Below the pieces are notes generated by a model that did no database searches, was not told the DNA's origin, and saw only the letters and a list, made by a program, of their open reading frames with translations. From contig JAHWHQ010000036.1 of NCBI GenBank assembly GCA_019323195.1, positions 2,952 to 66,951 on the forward strand: 64,000 nucleotides of DNA. The letters are read 5' to 3'. Positions 26,913 to 39,000 of the stretch are shown here, piece after piece. Position numbers and translations under genes: made by a program. Origin of the DNA: Candidatus Woesearchaeota archaeon (GTDB lineage Archaea > Nanobdellota > Nanobdellia > Woesearchaeales > JACPBV01). How positions within the stretch are numbered: position 1 is the stretch's first letter; each line of letters starts with the position of its first letter.

Positions 26913-27053
26913 GTGAAAGAGAGGATTACGATTACTATTGATAAGGAACTTCTTAATTGGTTAGATAAGAAAATAGATGAAAAGGTTTTTGCAAACAGGT
27001 CTCACGGCCTAGAGTTTCTTATAAAACGGAGGATGGAGGGGGAGAATGAATAA
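26913..27053 (+). CDS. Ribbon-helix-helix (CopG-family) small DNA-binding protein, about 46 aa, GTG start
   Basis: VKERITITIDKELLNWLDKKIDEKVFANRSHGLEFLIKRRMEGENE. It shows the CopG-type signature (RITITIDxELxxxLD...NRSxxIxxLI). The stop TAA at 27051-27053 overlaps the ATG of the giant gene at 27046 (sequence gagAATGAATAAgg). The start codon is uncertain and could be GTG at 26913. Confidence 0.55.
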   Translation: MKERITITIDKELLNWLDKKIDEKVFANRSHGLEFLIKRRMEGENE

Positions 27054-30000
27054 GGCAGCCAGATACAGCCTTGTTCTTGTTGTTATAGTATTGATGGCTA
27101 TGCTGAGCTTTAAGCTTGCTTTGGCAGATGAGGGATGCTGTTATGCTAAGGCAACCCATCAATGCACTTATTCCATTAAAGGAACCCCCCAGGAGACAAC
27201 AGAAACTGCATGTTTAGTGAGCTCTAATAATATCTGGGATGATGACCCTACATGCGCAGGCATACCTGAATGCGAGATGGGATGCTGCTGCCAATCAAAC
27301 CAGCCGCTTTATACGATAAGGGGGGAGTGCGATGTAAGGAAGCTGGAATGGGTCAAGACAAATGAGGAAGGGTGTAATTATCATTGCATAAGCGGAATAC
27401 CAGCTTGCAAGCCAAACTGCGAGGTCAATGGTGGCGAGTGTGTAGGGGTAGGAGGCAAGCTTGCTGCTGCCGGGAAGAGATACTGCGGGGCAGACGGCAG
27501 CTTGTATGACAACTGGGCAGATTGCCTGCAATGCATGGAGGAAGCCTCTCTCCCTGAATGCGGGCTAGATGCCGCGATAACAGTAAAATGCACCTATGAT
27601 GATATTATATATCCTCCTGAGAATGGGGGTTATCTATGCTTAAATGGAGTATATGTTCCTGGCGATAAAAGTGCCTGTGTTGGTGATTGTTCTACAGGCG
27701 GAACGATGATAACGGCAGACTGCTTTTGCGGAGGTGTCAAGAAGTCAGACGGCTATTGCTGCGTGGATGGGATGCATTATCCTACACAGGCAGGATGGAA
27801 AGCGTGCAATGATGCTGCAGGAAGCACCTGTGAAGGGGTTGGCTTTGTGTGCTCGGATGCCTGCGATACAGCCGAAGACAGAAATGCTGCTTTTGATTAT
27901 GGCAGCTGTACAGATGCAACAAAATGCTGCCCCACTGACCTTCCTTACTGCTGCGAGAAAGAGGCTGTCTCTTATGCATACTGCTGCGACCAGTATGAGG
28001 AATGCACCGGAACTGACCTATATAATGAGCCCGAATCTGACCCTTATAGGTATATCTATAAGTCCTGCAATGCAGGTGACCTGTCAAAAAAGCCATGCAC
28101 TGCAGAATGCAAGAGGTTAGAATGCTCGCAGGGAAACTGGAGGATAAACAGCGGGGCTAATACACATCCAACACTTACACACTGTTACTGTGACGGAAGC
28201 CCAAGGGACATATCCTTTGACGGGGGATATTGCTGCGCAGACGGCGGAGATGGAAAATATCAGACCACTCCGTGCATCATTGAGACAGGAGACGTATTAG
28301 GCTATGTTTATAATCTGCTTGATAATGCCCGGATAGCAGATGCAGATATAAATGCCTATAGGTTCGGGACGAAAATAGGCTATACTGTCACCAACAATAA
28401 TGGGGAATATACACTTTCAAACATGCCTTATGGCGGGTATAAGATATATGCTTCAAAAGATGGCTTTAAGGCAAATAGTATAGATGTTGACCTTATTGCC
28501 CCCCAGCTGCAAAACAAGAACATAGGCTTAATACCTTATACTGAGGGACCGTGCGATTCCTGCAGCCCGCCAGCACCCGTCATCACCGCAGAGCCTGTAA
28601 GGGGGAAGGAGGGAATAGAGCTTTCATGGAACATACCTGAGGATACTTCTTTTTGCAGTTCTTCTTTGACTGACAGCTTTGTTATAGAAAAGAAAGAGGC
28701 TGCAAAGAAATTGGCAGAGATGAGGACTGACCAGGCCATTTTAATTGATAATGATGTTTCATGGGATACCACTTATACCTATTCAACAACTGCGCATTAT
28801 ACGACCAATGCCATAAGCACATCTCAAGATTCCTTTCCAGTATCCCCTGGAAGCGCATTTTGCGAGGGCATATACAGCGATGATATGGAGTTCTGCCTTT
28901 CAGACGGCTTTATACAGGCAGACACCAATAATTACAGGTACAGGTGCGACCATAACAATAATCTTGTTAATGTCTATCTCAGTTCACCATCTTCGCAGAT
29001 GGGGCCGAGCTGCACTGATGAGGGCAAGGATGTTTGCGTCGGGCCCGATACAACAGGGGAGACAGAATGCATAGAACAGCCAGACTGCAGGGAGATGGGG
29101 GATTTTAAGCCGTTCGGGCTGTATTATGATGAAGACAGCTGCCTTGACAACGGGGACAGCTGGTGCTATTATGATTCCTCCACTACAATAATAGACAAGT
29201 GCGACAACTGCAGGGCAAAGAGCTGCTATGATTATAAGAGCAAGGAGGCATGCGAAGCTGATAACTGCAGGGCAGGGGGGCTTTATATTGACAGGGAGAC
29301 AGGGGCCAACAATGGATGCAAATGGATACATACATGGGAGGAGTATGGGAAGGGGATATGCTATGACCCTGACTTCAACGGCCAGGAATGCGGCTTATGC
29401 AGCAATGAGGGAGACCTTTTCTTCAATACCGGCTGTACACAAACAATATGCTCGGCTTTAGGAAAATGCTATTCCAGCTCAGATGGATGCATGGAATGCG
29501 CGGAAGGGACAGCATGTGAAGATTATGAGAATGAAGAGGCGTGTGTTGGCATAGTCGGTAATGAACAGGAGATTGATTTTGTGAACAATGCTGGCTGCGG
29601 CATTAATAATATACCTCTTGAAATACAGCCCAGCAATGATGCCTGCGGACTTGGGGTGTGCAAGTGGGACAGCACAATGAAAAGCTGTTACAAGGATGCG
29701 GATGATGATCTTGTTGAAGACTGCGGTGAAGGAGAGGTAATCTGCATGAAGGATTCAAAACCTCCTGTGACAAGCCCGGAGATGAGCATACCTAACATTG
29801 GGCTTTCAGGACATCATATACAGTTTATTGTGCCATATCAGGGGTGGTCTTATGCAGAAAAATTCTATTATTGTGTGGATGCATCCAATACGTGCTGCCC
29901 TACTTCTGAGAAAAACCTTGACTGTGTTGTTAATACAGGGAAGTGTACGGTTATAGGTGGGGTAAACCCTGTGGAAGACCTGGCAGATTCAGAATATACA

Positions 30001-33000
30001 TCCAAGGGCCCTGGCATATATTACATAAGGTATTATTCTGTTGATAATTATAAAAATACTGAAGAGGTAAAAAGCCTTGCCTTTTACCTTGATAAGGACC
30101 CCCCTGATTATTCTTTAACCTACGAGACTGAAAAAGAGGGGGAGAAAGAAGGGCAGGCAATATCCAGCCTGGAGATCAACCTTGAATCTGATGAATGCAT
30201 AAGCTGCTCTTATATGATGGTTGTTCCTTTGATAGGGGATCCAGTTAAAAGCGGCGGTTTTGTTTTAGGAGAGGCAGATAAGGTATCCAAACTGGAATTT
30301 AGCGGCCTTGAGGATGGGATATATACCTGCACAACCAACTGTTTTGATGATGTCGGGAATGAGATGAAGAAGGACTGGCAGATAGTGGTCGATGCTATGC
30401 AGGAGATAACACAGTTCTACCCCTATGATAAGACATTGAAGAAAACACAGATAGACTTTTCTGTCAATACGACCGATGATTCGACATGCACTGCAACGGG
30501 CATCCTTGGGTATTCAGGAGCTGACATAACCTTCACTCAGGAGCAGATATCAAGGAATAAGTTCGCACATACCTATTCAGGGACGTTCGGAGACGGGACA
30601 TACCATCTTGAGGTTGACTGCGAGCCTGTCCTTGGCGTTAAAAAGCCAGACTCTGTCTTCCTTTCATTTACAGTAGACGCAATACCTCCAGCTACTGTGG
30701 TCAAGAGCGGAGGGGAGGTTTTTGACTTCTCAGCCTGGCACAGGACAGATACAGAACCCCCTTTAAAACTAAGCCTGGAATGCGATGACCCTGATCTTGG
30801 TGACCAGCCAGGGGAGTTTGGCTGTGAGCATACAAGCGAATATATAAAATACTGCCTTGGGCCTTCATGCACGCTTAGCGATGACGACCCTTCTTCAATC
30901 CCTATAACAGGGGACTATTCTACCTACATCAGCTATTATTCTGTCGATAAGGGGGGGAATATAGAAACAACACAGACCAAGCTGGTAAAGGTTGATAATG
31001 GGGTGCCTCAATTGAATTTAAACCCGCCAGCCAATGATGTGGTCAATACCCCTGAGATAACAATAACAGGGACCTATTCTGACGGGCTTTCAGGCGTCAA
31101 GGAGGTTGTCATATTCATTATAGATTATGATGATGTTTCTTTTAAGTCTATCAAGATTGCTCCTGCTCCCAGCGGTTTGCTTTCATATAATACTCAGCTG
31201 TTTGGAGGCAGGAACATTATACTTGTCTCTGTAGAGGATAATGCCGGCAATAAGATAGAGGATTCATTTGAGGTGTTCTATGATCTGGATGCTCCTTTGA
31301 TAGATGCAGAGGTATTTAACCATGAGGGCTATGGGATAAGGAATAAGTCCGGAGGTCGATACGCAGAATACGGGAAGGATATAACCTTAGGAGCGGGGAT
31401 CACTGATGATTCATCAATCAGCAGCGCCAAGGTTACACTCGAGTGCAATACTGAATCTTCATTTTCCAGGTGCTCCTCCTATACCAAAACTACTTTCGAT
31501 CTTGAGCAGGATCCTTATGATGCTAAAATCTTTGGGAAGGTCCTTTCAGGCAGTTTGCCAATCGGCAATTATACGGCAACCTTTGAGGCATGGGACAATT
31601 TTAACCAGTACGGCAAGACAAACTTATGGTTCTTGGTAAATGATACAGCTAAGGTAAGCTTCCAATTAAGGCCGGATGCCCCTCCTGTAACCTATTCCCC
31701 TTCCCTTACACTTACAGGGACTGCCAGTGAAGCAGGCATACTGGTAAGCGCTTACCTGTGCGATGAGAACTGTTTAAACTGCGGGGATACTGCAGCTTCT
31801 TCAGATTACGGGGATGCAACAAATGACCCCAAGGAGGGGTTTAGGGATGTCGCTTTAGTTGATCTTGTCTATCTTGATCCTCCTAAAGAGGGGGAAACGA
31901 CCATCCTATGGAAGGGGAGCGCATTTGATTCTATCACAAGGCATATCGGGGCAGGGGATTTCCTTAGGTTTTCAGATGATGCCACTGGAACATTTTATGA
32001 GATACTTTCTATTAACTCTGCATACCATCCTCTTGGGTTTTATATCAATACTATAGAATTGCGTAACGAAATAAAGCAGAATATAAACAGGGGAACTGTC
32101 TCAGCATATGACTATGGCACGCCGACAGGATGGTTTGAATTAGGGCTTGCCCTTAGTTCTGGTACCCAGTGCGTGGTCGTTGCAGCAGAAAGGATTGCTA
32201 CAGGGGTAAGGGCGAAAAGCATAGCCCGGAAGATAACATACGACACCAGCGGTTTTGACATAACCCTTGAAGAGCCGTCTGACGGAGTCGTCAATTATGT
32301 TGATTTTGATGCTGCTGGCAATTCTATGCCTATCAGGATAAAGACAGAAAGAGGAGGTTCTGGCTTTAGGGCGGACTGCGTAATAAGCCATACAGCAGAT
32401 ATCATTGCAGGGGGATTTGCAGGAAAGGTTATGGGTACGACAGATAAGATAACGCATATATTTACTCTCAATTCTGATTCCTGCAAGGAGAACGGAGGGG
32501 ATTACTGCCTTATTGGCGGGACATCTGCTTACCCTGTCAATCACCACCATTATGCGGTTGAATGCACGCCTTCTGATCCTTCTTATGCCAATATGGCTTC
32601 CCAGACCACAGAGGTGTGCTTTACTGCGGCAACTTACGGGCTGCAGACAGGAGGGCTTCCAAGAGGGGTTAATATCTGCCAGGCTTCGACAGGGTGCGGC
32701 TCTTCAGTTCCTGTGGCATGCGGCGGAGCAGTAGACTGCACAGATACAGACCATAGCTCCAGCCAATCTGACTGCATAGAAGAAGACATATGCAAGTGGA
32801 GCGGCAGCTATGGATGCGGCACATCATGCCATCCTGGTTTTGAAGACAATGATAATGATGGGGTCTGTATAGATGCTTCTGTTGTATGCTCAAACAATGA
32901 TAATGACCAGACTAACTGCTTGGCACAAAATGCCTGCAAATGGTGCCCTGCAGGAGCCACATCCAATGCGAACAAATGCCTGCAGGAGAGTTGCGATACC

Positions 33001-33084
33001 TGTAGCGGGCTTGAGCATGATTCAAACCCTTCAGACGGCATGTGCGATACCGGAGAGGAAGGACAGGGAGGATGGGGTGATTAG
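27046..33084 (+). CDS. Giant secreted Cys-rich surface protein (2012 aa) with a CarboxypepD_reg-like domain
   Basis: Sec signal with ALA|DEG. The N-terminal 400 aa are full of CC doublets (GCCY, GCCCQ, YCCVDG, YCCEKE...YCCDQY, GYCCADG). A carboxypeptidase-regulatory-like beta-sandwich (GYVYNLLDNARIADADINAYRFGTKIGYTVTNNNGEYTLSNMPYGGYKIYASKDGF) follows, then multiple Ig/Fn3-like beta domains, and a second Cys-rich C-terminal region. TAG stop is immediately followed by the ATG of the next gene. Confidence 0.85.
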   Translation: MNKAARYSLVLVVIVLMAMLSFKLALADEGCCYAKATHQCTYSIKGTPQETTETACLVSSNNIWDDDPTCAGIPECEMGCCCQSNQPLYTIRGECDVRKLEWVKTNEEGCNYHCISGIPACKPNCEVNGGECVGVGGKLAAAGKRYCGADGSLYDNWADCLQCMEEASLPECGLDAAITVKCTYDDIIYPPENGGYLCLNGVYVPGDKSACVGDCSTGGTMITADCFCGGVKKSDGYCCVDGMHYPTQAGWKACNDAAGSTCEGVGFVCSDACDTAEDRNAAFDYGSCTDATKCCPTDLPYCCEKEAVSYAYCCDQYEECTGTDLYNEPESDPYRYIYKSCNAGDLSKKPCTAECKRLECSQGNWRINSGANTHPTLTHCYCDGSPRDISFDGGYCCADGGDGKYQTTPCIIETGDVLGYVYNLLDNARIADADINAYRFGTKIGYTVTNNNGEYTLSNMPYGGYKIYASKDGFKANSIDVDLIAPQLQNKNIGLIPYTEGPCDSCSPPAPVITAEPVRGKEGIELSWNIPEDTSFCSSSLTDSFVIEKKEAAKKLAEMRTDQAILIDNDVSWDTTYTYSTTAHYTTNAISTSQDSFPVSPGSAFCEGIYSDDMEFCLSDGFIQADTNNYRYRCDHNNNLVNVYLSSPSSQMGPSCTDEGKDVCVGPDTTGETECIEQPDCREMGDFKPFGLYYDEDSCLDNGDSWCYYDSSTTIIDKCDNCRAKSCYDYKSKEACEADNCRAGGLYIDRETGANNGCKWIHTWEEYGKGICYDPDFNGQECGLCSNEGDLFFNTGCTQTICSALGKCYSSSDGCMECAEGTACEDYENEEACVGIVGNEQEIDFVNNAGCGINNIPLEIQPSNDACGLGVCKWDSTMKSCYKDADDDLVEDCGEGEVICMKDSKPPVTSPEMSIPNIGLSGHHIQFIVPYQGWSYAEKFYYCVDASNTCCPTSEKNLDCVVNTGKCTVIGGVNPVEDLADSEYTSKGPGIYYIRYYSVDNYKNTEEVKSLAFYLDKDPPDYSLTYETEKEGEKEGQAISSLEINLESDECISCSYMMVVPLIGDPVKSGGFVLGEADKVSKLEFSGLEDGIYTCTTNCFDDVGNEMKKDWQIVVDAMQEITQFYPYDKTLKKTQIDFSVNTTDDSTCTATGILGYSGADITFTQEQISRNKFAHTYSGTFGDGTYHLEVDCEPVLGVKKPDSVFLSFTVDAIPPATVVKSGGEVFDFSAWHRTDTEPPLKLSLECDDPDLGDQPGEFGCEHTSEYIKYCLGPSCTLSDDDPSSIPITGDYSTYISYYSVDKGGNIETTQTKLVKVDNGVPQLNLNPPANDVVNTPEITITGTYSDGLSGVKEVVIFIIDYDDVSFKSIKIAPAPSGLLSYNTQLFGGRNIILVSVEDNAGNKIEDSFEVFYDLDAPLIDAEVFNHEGYGIRNKSGGRYAEYGKDITLGAGITDDSSISSAKVTLECNTESSFSRCSSYTKTTFDLEQDPYDAKIFGKVLSGSLPIGNYTATFEAWDNFNQYGKTNLWFLVNDTAKVSFQLRPDAPPVTYSPSLTLTGTASEAGILVSAYLCDENCLNCGDTAASSDYGDATNDPKEGFRDVALVDLVYLDPPKEGETTILWKGSAFDSITRHIGAGDFLRFSDDATGTFYEILSINSAYHPLGFYINTIELRNEIKQNINRGTVSAYDYGTPTGWFELGLALSSGTQCVVVAAERIATGVRAKSIARKITYDTSGFDITLEEPSDGVVNYVDFDAAGNSMPIRIKTERGGSGFRADCVISHTADIIAGGFAGKVMGTTDKITHIFTLNSDSCKENGGDYCLIGGTSAYPVNHHHYAVECTPSDPSYANMASQTTEVCFTAATYGLQTGGLPRGVNICQASTGCGSSVPVACGGAVDCTDTDHSSSQSDCIEEDICKWSGSYGCGTSCHPGFEDNDNDGVCIDASVVCSNNDNDQTNCLAQNACKWCPAGATSNANKCLQESCDTCSGLEHDSNPSDGMCDTGEEGQGGWGD

Positions 33085-36000
33085 ATGAAGAAGAGATACC
33101 TCGCCTTAACATCATTCCTTGTTTTGGTCAGCCTAGTCCCTTTTGCGTTATCCTATAACTGGATGAAATCATCACAGGGAACAGATATAACCAACAACCC
33201 TTCTCCTACTCCCTGGGTGAAGTATTATCCTGATAATTACAGGCCGTTAATGGGGGAGACCTATATAAAGGATAAAAGCACCAACCATAAGATAGTCTTA
33301 GGTAGCGGATTTGAGAATCCTGTCGATACATACAGCTCTGATGCAACCGGCAGCTATGTAAAATGGGAATATCCCTTTTCCGCGAATCTGCCAACAGGCA
33401 AATACGCATTCCATACAAAAGCAGCAGACCTTTATAGCAACGAATTTGAGTATGATATGGATATTATCATCGAGACAGTCCCTCCAACTGTAAAACCTTA
33501 TTCAAATCCAACTGAAGGTGCCAGCGGATTTATCTTTGAAGGAAATACGCAGACAGACCAGATAGAGCTGGGAAGCGATGTAACGATAAAAGCCAAGGTG
33601 GAGGATAAGGATAATGGGGTGGATATTAAGGATACGGTAGTTACGCTTGTTAATGTTGTTGTCAGCGGAACGGCTGCTGATGGCACTCCAATTACTCCTG
33701 TTACTTACGAGATGGAGGATGGGAATAACGATGGGGTCTACGGGCTTACTATCCCTTCCCCAACTGGGGGGGATTATATGGCTTCTTTTACAGCCTATGA
33801 CAGCCTTTCTGACACTGTTTCAGGAACAGGGAATATAAACGATACAGTCAGTGTCAGCTTTACTGTGGGGGATACGATAAAGCCGGCTAAGCCTGTAATA
33901 TGGCCATTGCCGCAATACACACAGAAAGGGGATGCAGACAATCAGCTTACGGTTGTCGGATATATTGGGGAACAAGGTACTGTAGATGCCCATGTTTTCC
34001 AGCCAGGAGAATCCATCCTTTCCTTCTCTACAACAGCACAGGATGGTGCTATGCCATTAGAGAATATAGCCCTGCAGGAGAAGTATCTTGCAGGCGGGGG
34101 GTATTATGAAGAAGATACAGAGATATACATTCCAGATTATGATGCAGGCAAGATAACCTCTGGGGATTACCTTGCCTTCTATAACCACCAGAGGACAAAT
34201 TTTGCAAGATACGGCGTGGCATCTAAAGATAATGTTCCCGGGGATAGAACAAAGGTCGTTCTTGTACAGGGGCTGGAGAAGGACGTTCCTGTCAATCCAA
34301 CATCATACATCAGCGTGGCAGATAAGCCTTTGCCTCCAGGCTATTTTGAGATTGGCCTTACCTTATACCATGGCCAGAATAAGGTACAGCTGCTCAGTTA
34401 TGACGCAGCAGGGAATTTCGATGATATAGAATTCAGCATAATAAGCGATTCAGTAAAACCAAAAGGAAGGATCATATCTCCCTATGATGAGATAACGAAT
34501 AATGATAAGACGCCTGTGAGCTTAGAGCTTGACGGGACAGGATCAGATATCGACCCGGATTCGATTGTTATGGACATCAATGGGCCATGCAATATGCTTG
34601 ACCTTGCTGTCGGAGAAGATCTGGCCTTTGAGGGGGAGATAGCCACATTTGAAATAACCGGCAAGAATTACTGCAAAGGAAAGGACCAATACCTTAATGG
34701 TGATTATACAGTGACTTTATCCGCAACAGACATGGCCGGCAATGAGAATACCTCTATTGAATTTGGCTTTAAGGTAGATACTTCAGCATCTTCGGGCCCG
34801 GAATTAACTATAATTAATGGTAATTCACTGGAGCTAGAGGGAACATTATATACGAGCGAGACAATGCCTGAAATAAAGGCTTCCTTCCCAAAAGATACCC
34901 AGGTAAACAGCTATTCTCTCAAGGATAAGACAAGCGGAACAGAACACCAACTGGAATATACTAAGCTGGATGATAAACATTTCACGTTTGAGGTTCTCTT
35001 TCCTGCCCTTGCTGAGGGAAGTTATGTATTTGAAATCAATGCAAAAGAAGATCGTCCTGGAGCGGTCTCTACCTCGTTCTCTTTTGACATAATCGTGGAT
35101 ACAACAGCGCCTAATCTGGAGAATATTATCGTTCCGTCAACAGTAGAATATGGCTCAGAGGATGTTGTTAAGCTGAAAGCGACAGACCCTGTTGGTGTTG
35201 ACAGCGTCAGGATAAAGATAGGGGACAGTTATTATAGCCTGGACAGATATGAAAATGGCCTATTCAATATATCCACAGAAGATTTCCTGCCTCATGAGCC
35301 GCCTTTTACTTATGCTATCTTGTTCGAGGCTAAAGACCTGCTGGGAAATGAGCAGCTGACTGATCATGGCGAGATCGAATTTACAGACTCAACGCCTCCT
35401 GAAGTTACTGTCTTAGAGCCTGAGACTGGCTATACTAATAAGGCCCCAAATACAATAAAGATAGGGACAGATGACCCCTCATACTGCAGGTTCTCCTGGA
35501 GAGGGGATTTCCTTGAATCGTTTGTCTATGACTTTAGCTCATCTGACAAGCTGACACATAGTTATGACATTGACATTTCAACCCATGATGATGAATGGGA
35601 CCAGGATCCTCCCAATACATTCAACTATTATGTCGAATGCAGCAATATATTTGACCTAAGCACAGGAATCCTTAAGATGCAGATAATAGTTGATACTGAT
35701 TCGCTCAATATAATAAGCGCTGATTCTGCCAAATTGTCCTATTACAGCGATAATTCTGAGAATACCATAACAGTAAAGACCAATAAGCCAGCAAGGTGCA
35801 GGTATTCAGATAATACAGATGAGGATTATGAGAATATGGACAACTCTATGGGGGAAGAATTTGTAACGGAAAACTCTGTAACAGAAGAATTTGATAACGG
35901 GGATCATCAGCTTTTCATAGACTGCAGGGACAAGGCAGGAAATACTGCAGACAATCCTACATCTGTAAGCTTTACAGTTGATGTTGATGAGGATGTTTCT

Positions 36001-39000
36001 ATATTATCTTCAGGGCCGGGAGGGGTGCTCAATGACAATACCCCTACCTTATGGGCAAAGCTCAACAAGGATGCAGAATGCACATTTGAGGAAATGCAGC
36101 CGACATCACATACAACTATAAGAGAGGGAGGAAGGATATATTATCTCTATTACCATGATGTTGCCAGCCAGCTGGATGAAGGGCTGCATGAGTATAAGGT
36201 TAGGTGCTTTAATGTAAAGGCAGTTTATGATGATATCTCCTTTACCTTAGATACAGAACCTCCAGAAAAACCGGAGATAACCTCTCCTGCAGATGACAGC
36301 CTTGCAGGGGACAGCCTAACAGTGACAGGAACAACCGATGATGATGCAAGAAAGGTTTTCTTTTATGTTGACAATGCTTATCTTGGGTATGCGGATGTTG
36401 ATGGCCAAGGCTTTGCAAAAACATTGGACTTATCTGGCTTTGATGACGGGGATCTAGTCATCATGGTTAATGCAGAGGATGAATTCCGGCAGAATGGAAG
36501 GAGCGGGGAGGATTCTGTTACGGTTGTTAAGGATACAGTCTCGGAGCAGCCAAGACTGGATGAACTTCCACAATATACTAATAGCGGTTTTGCTGAAGTT
36601 TTAGGAAGCGCTGAGCCAGGTTCTACTGTCTACTTTTATAGGTTTTACCTTCCAGGGCAGGAAGGAGATTCTGTTGCAACTACAACCGCAACTTCGGATG
36701 TTGATGGCCCATTTTCATCCTCCCTTAGCTTAAATGAAGGAAGCAATTATATCTATGCCAGAGCAACAGACACAATGGGCAATCCATTAAGCGAAAGCTC
36801 GAATGAGGTATTTATGATCTATGATGCTCAAAGCCCTTCATTCACCGGCATGAGCCCTGCTGATGGAGACACTGGCGTTTATGGAGAGAAGCTGATAATT
36901 AGCGTTTTGGTTTCTGATAATTACGAAATTAATGAAGACAGCGTAAGCTTCCTTATAGACAACAATGAGGCTGTATATGAAAAGGCTCATGAGCAGGGGG
37001 GGATAAGGCTAACTGTGGAGGCTGACCTTGATGATGGCCAGCATACCGCTTATGTAAGCGCTGAGGATGCTTCCGGCATCCTTGGGTATGCGGAATGGAG
37101 CTTTGATACTTTTATCCCTGTCTCATGCCTTTCCTGGGCCTGTGACAAGGAGGCAGACAGGTGGTGCGACAATGGCGCCTGGAACACCGCAGATTACTGC
37201 ACATATTGCGGCATAGAGGATTCTGATTGTGAATCTGAAGTTACATGCGCAGCTGACGAGTGCGATACATCAGCTAACGAATGGTGCGACAGCGGGGTAT
37301 GGAACACCGCAGATTACTGCATACACTGTGGCATGGAGGATTACCAATGCGGCGCTTTGCCTCCAAACTTAATAGGATTTTCAATTAACGGGGATGCAGC
37401 AGAACAGGGGGATTATGCAGATAATTTAGAGATAGAGGCAGGGTTTGAATATGGCAGGGAGGCTGTCCTGGAGGATATCCAGCTTGATGATCAGACCATA
37501 GCCAACTGGCAGGACATTTATGAGACTGAAGACAACATAAGGTTCTATTATGACCTTGGAAGCCTGCAGGAAGGTGGGCCTTATAAGCTTACTATCAGGG
37601 CCTCTAATGAAGGGTTTGCCCAGAGCACAGATTCCCTTCTGTTTTATGTCGATACCTCAGCCCCTACAATAGACATAGATGATTCAATTGATACCTTAGT
37701 CAGCAGCCCTTATGTCCCTATCTACGGGACTTATGCAGAACCTAATCTCAGGCATATTAAGCTGAACAATATCCTGTTAGATAAGGCAGATATAGGGATA
37801 GGCAGCTTCAGCAGGAACCTTAACCTCCCTGTTGATGCTGTGACTGATGTCCAGGCCGTCATTGAGGATAAGGCAGGAAATACAGGGCAGGATAGCATCT
37901 CTATAGAGGTCAGGACAGGAGAACTTCTATTGGAGATAGAAGAGCTGCCTGCAATTACAAAAGAGGATTCTTTCACTTTGGAAGGAACGACCATGCCTGA
38001 TATTGATGTTGAAATAGATGTCAATGGAGATGAAATTCTAACTCTTAATTCTGACAGCAACGGGGACTTTTCACAGCAGCTGGATATGGATAACGGGCTG
38101 CATGACGGGAATAACATGATCATCGTAACGGCAGAGGATGGTGCAGGAAGAACAGCATCTGTAAAAAAATATGTGCATATAGACAGGGAAGGGCCTGCCA
38201 TAATATCAAGAAACCCTGATGCTGGCGAGCAGGGTGATTTCAGCAGGATAACCCTTACACTAGAGGATATAAGCGGGATAGCAGAGGATTCTGTCGTCCT
38301 GAAGCTGGACGGTGAAACAGTTCAACATAATTTCAATGCCCTCATAGGGAGCCTTTCATATGGCATCTCTTCCCTGGAGAAAGGAAGCCATACCCTTGAG
38401 ATAAGCTCGGAAGATAACCTTGGCAATTCGATGAGCAGCTCATGGGATTTTACGATAAACAGGGGTGCTCCGCTTATTGTTATGGTATCTCCTGCAACTG
38501 ATTTTGTGGATGAGCTGCAGCCTGTCTTTGAGCTTGAGATAGATAACTATGATTCTGTTGAGCAGCCAACTTTAGTTGACTCTGATGAGAATGCTGTTGA
38601 TTTAATCTTATTGTCTAAAGACCCATTCAGGTACATGAGTGCCGCTTTGTTGGATGATGGCCAGACATATAAATTCTGGATAAAGGCTGCAAAAGAAGGG
38701 AATGTTGCTGAGCTGAATAAGTATATCACAGTGGATACTACCCTGCCCGAGATAAGGATCGACAGGAAAGCCCTTCCTGATGCTACAGGAAAAGAGATTG
38801 TTGATGTGGAAGGGACGTTTGCAGAGGATAATCTTGAAATAATAACAGTAAACGGCATTGAGGTTTCCCCGCTTGACATGGCACGGGGGAGGTTTATTGT
38901 AAGGGATGTTCCTTTGGGCGAGACAACTACAGAGATAAGTGCGGTCATAAGGGATAAGGCAGGGAATGAAGGGAGTGACACTACCTATGTAGAGGTGGAC

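Noticed and set aside
16591-27053. Interpreting the two small RHH ORFs as antitoxins of type II toxin-antitoxin pairs
   Set aside because: No PIN, RelE, ParE or MazF-like toxin ORF follows either one. The downstream partner in both cases is a giant secreted protein, so a transcriptional-regulator role is more plausible. The RHH fold itself is inferred from sequence pattern only.
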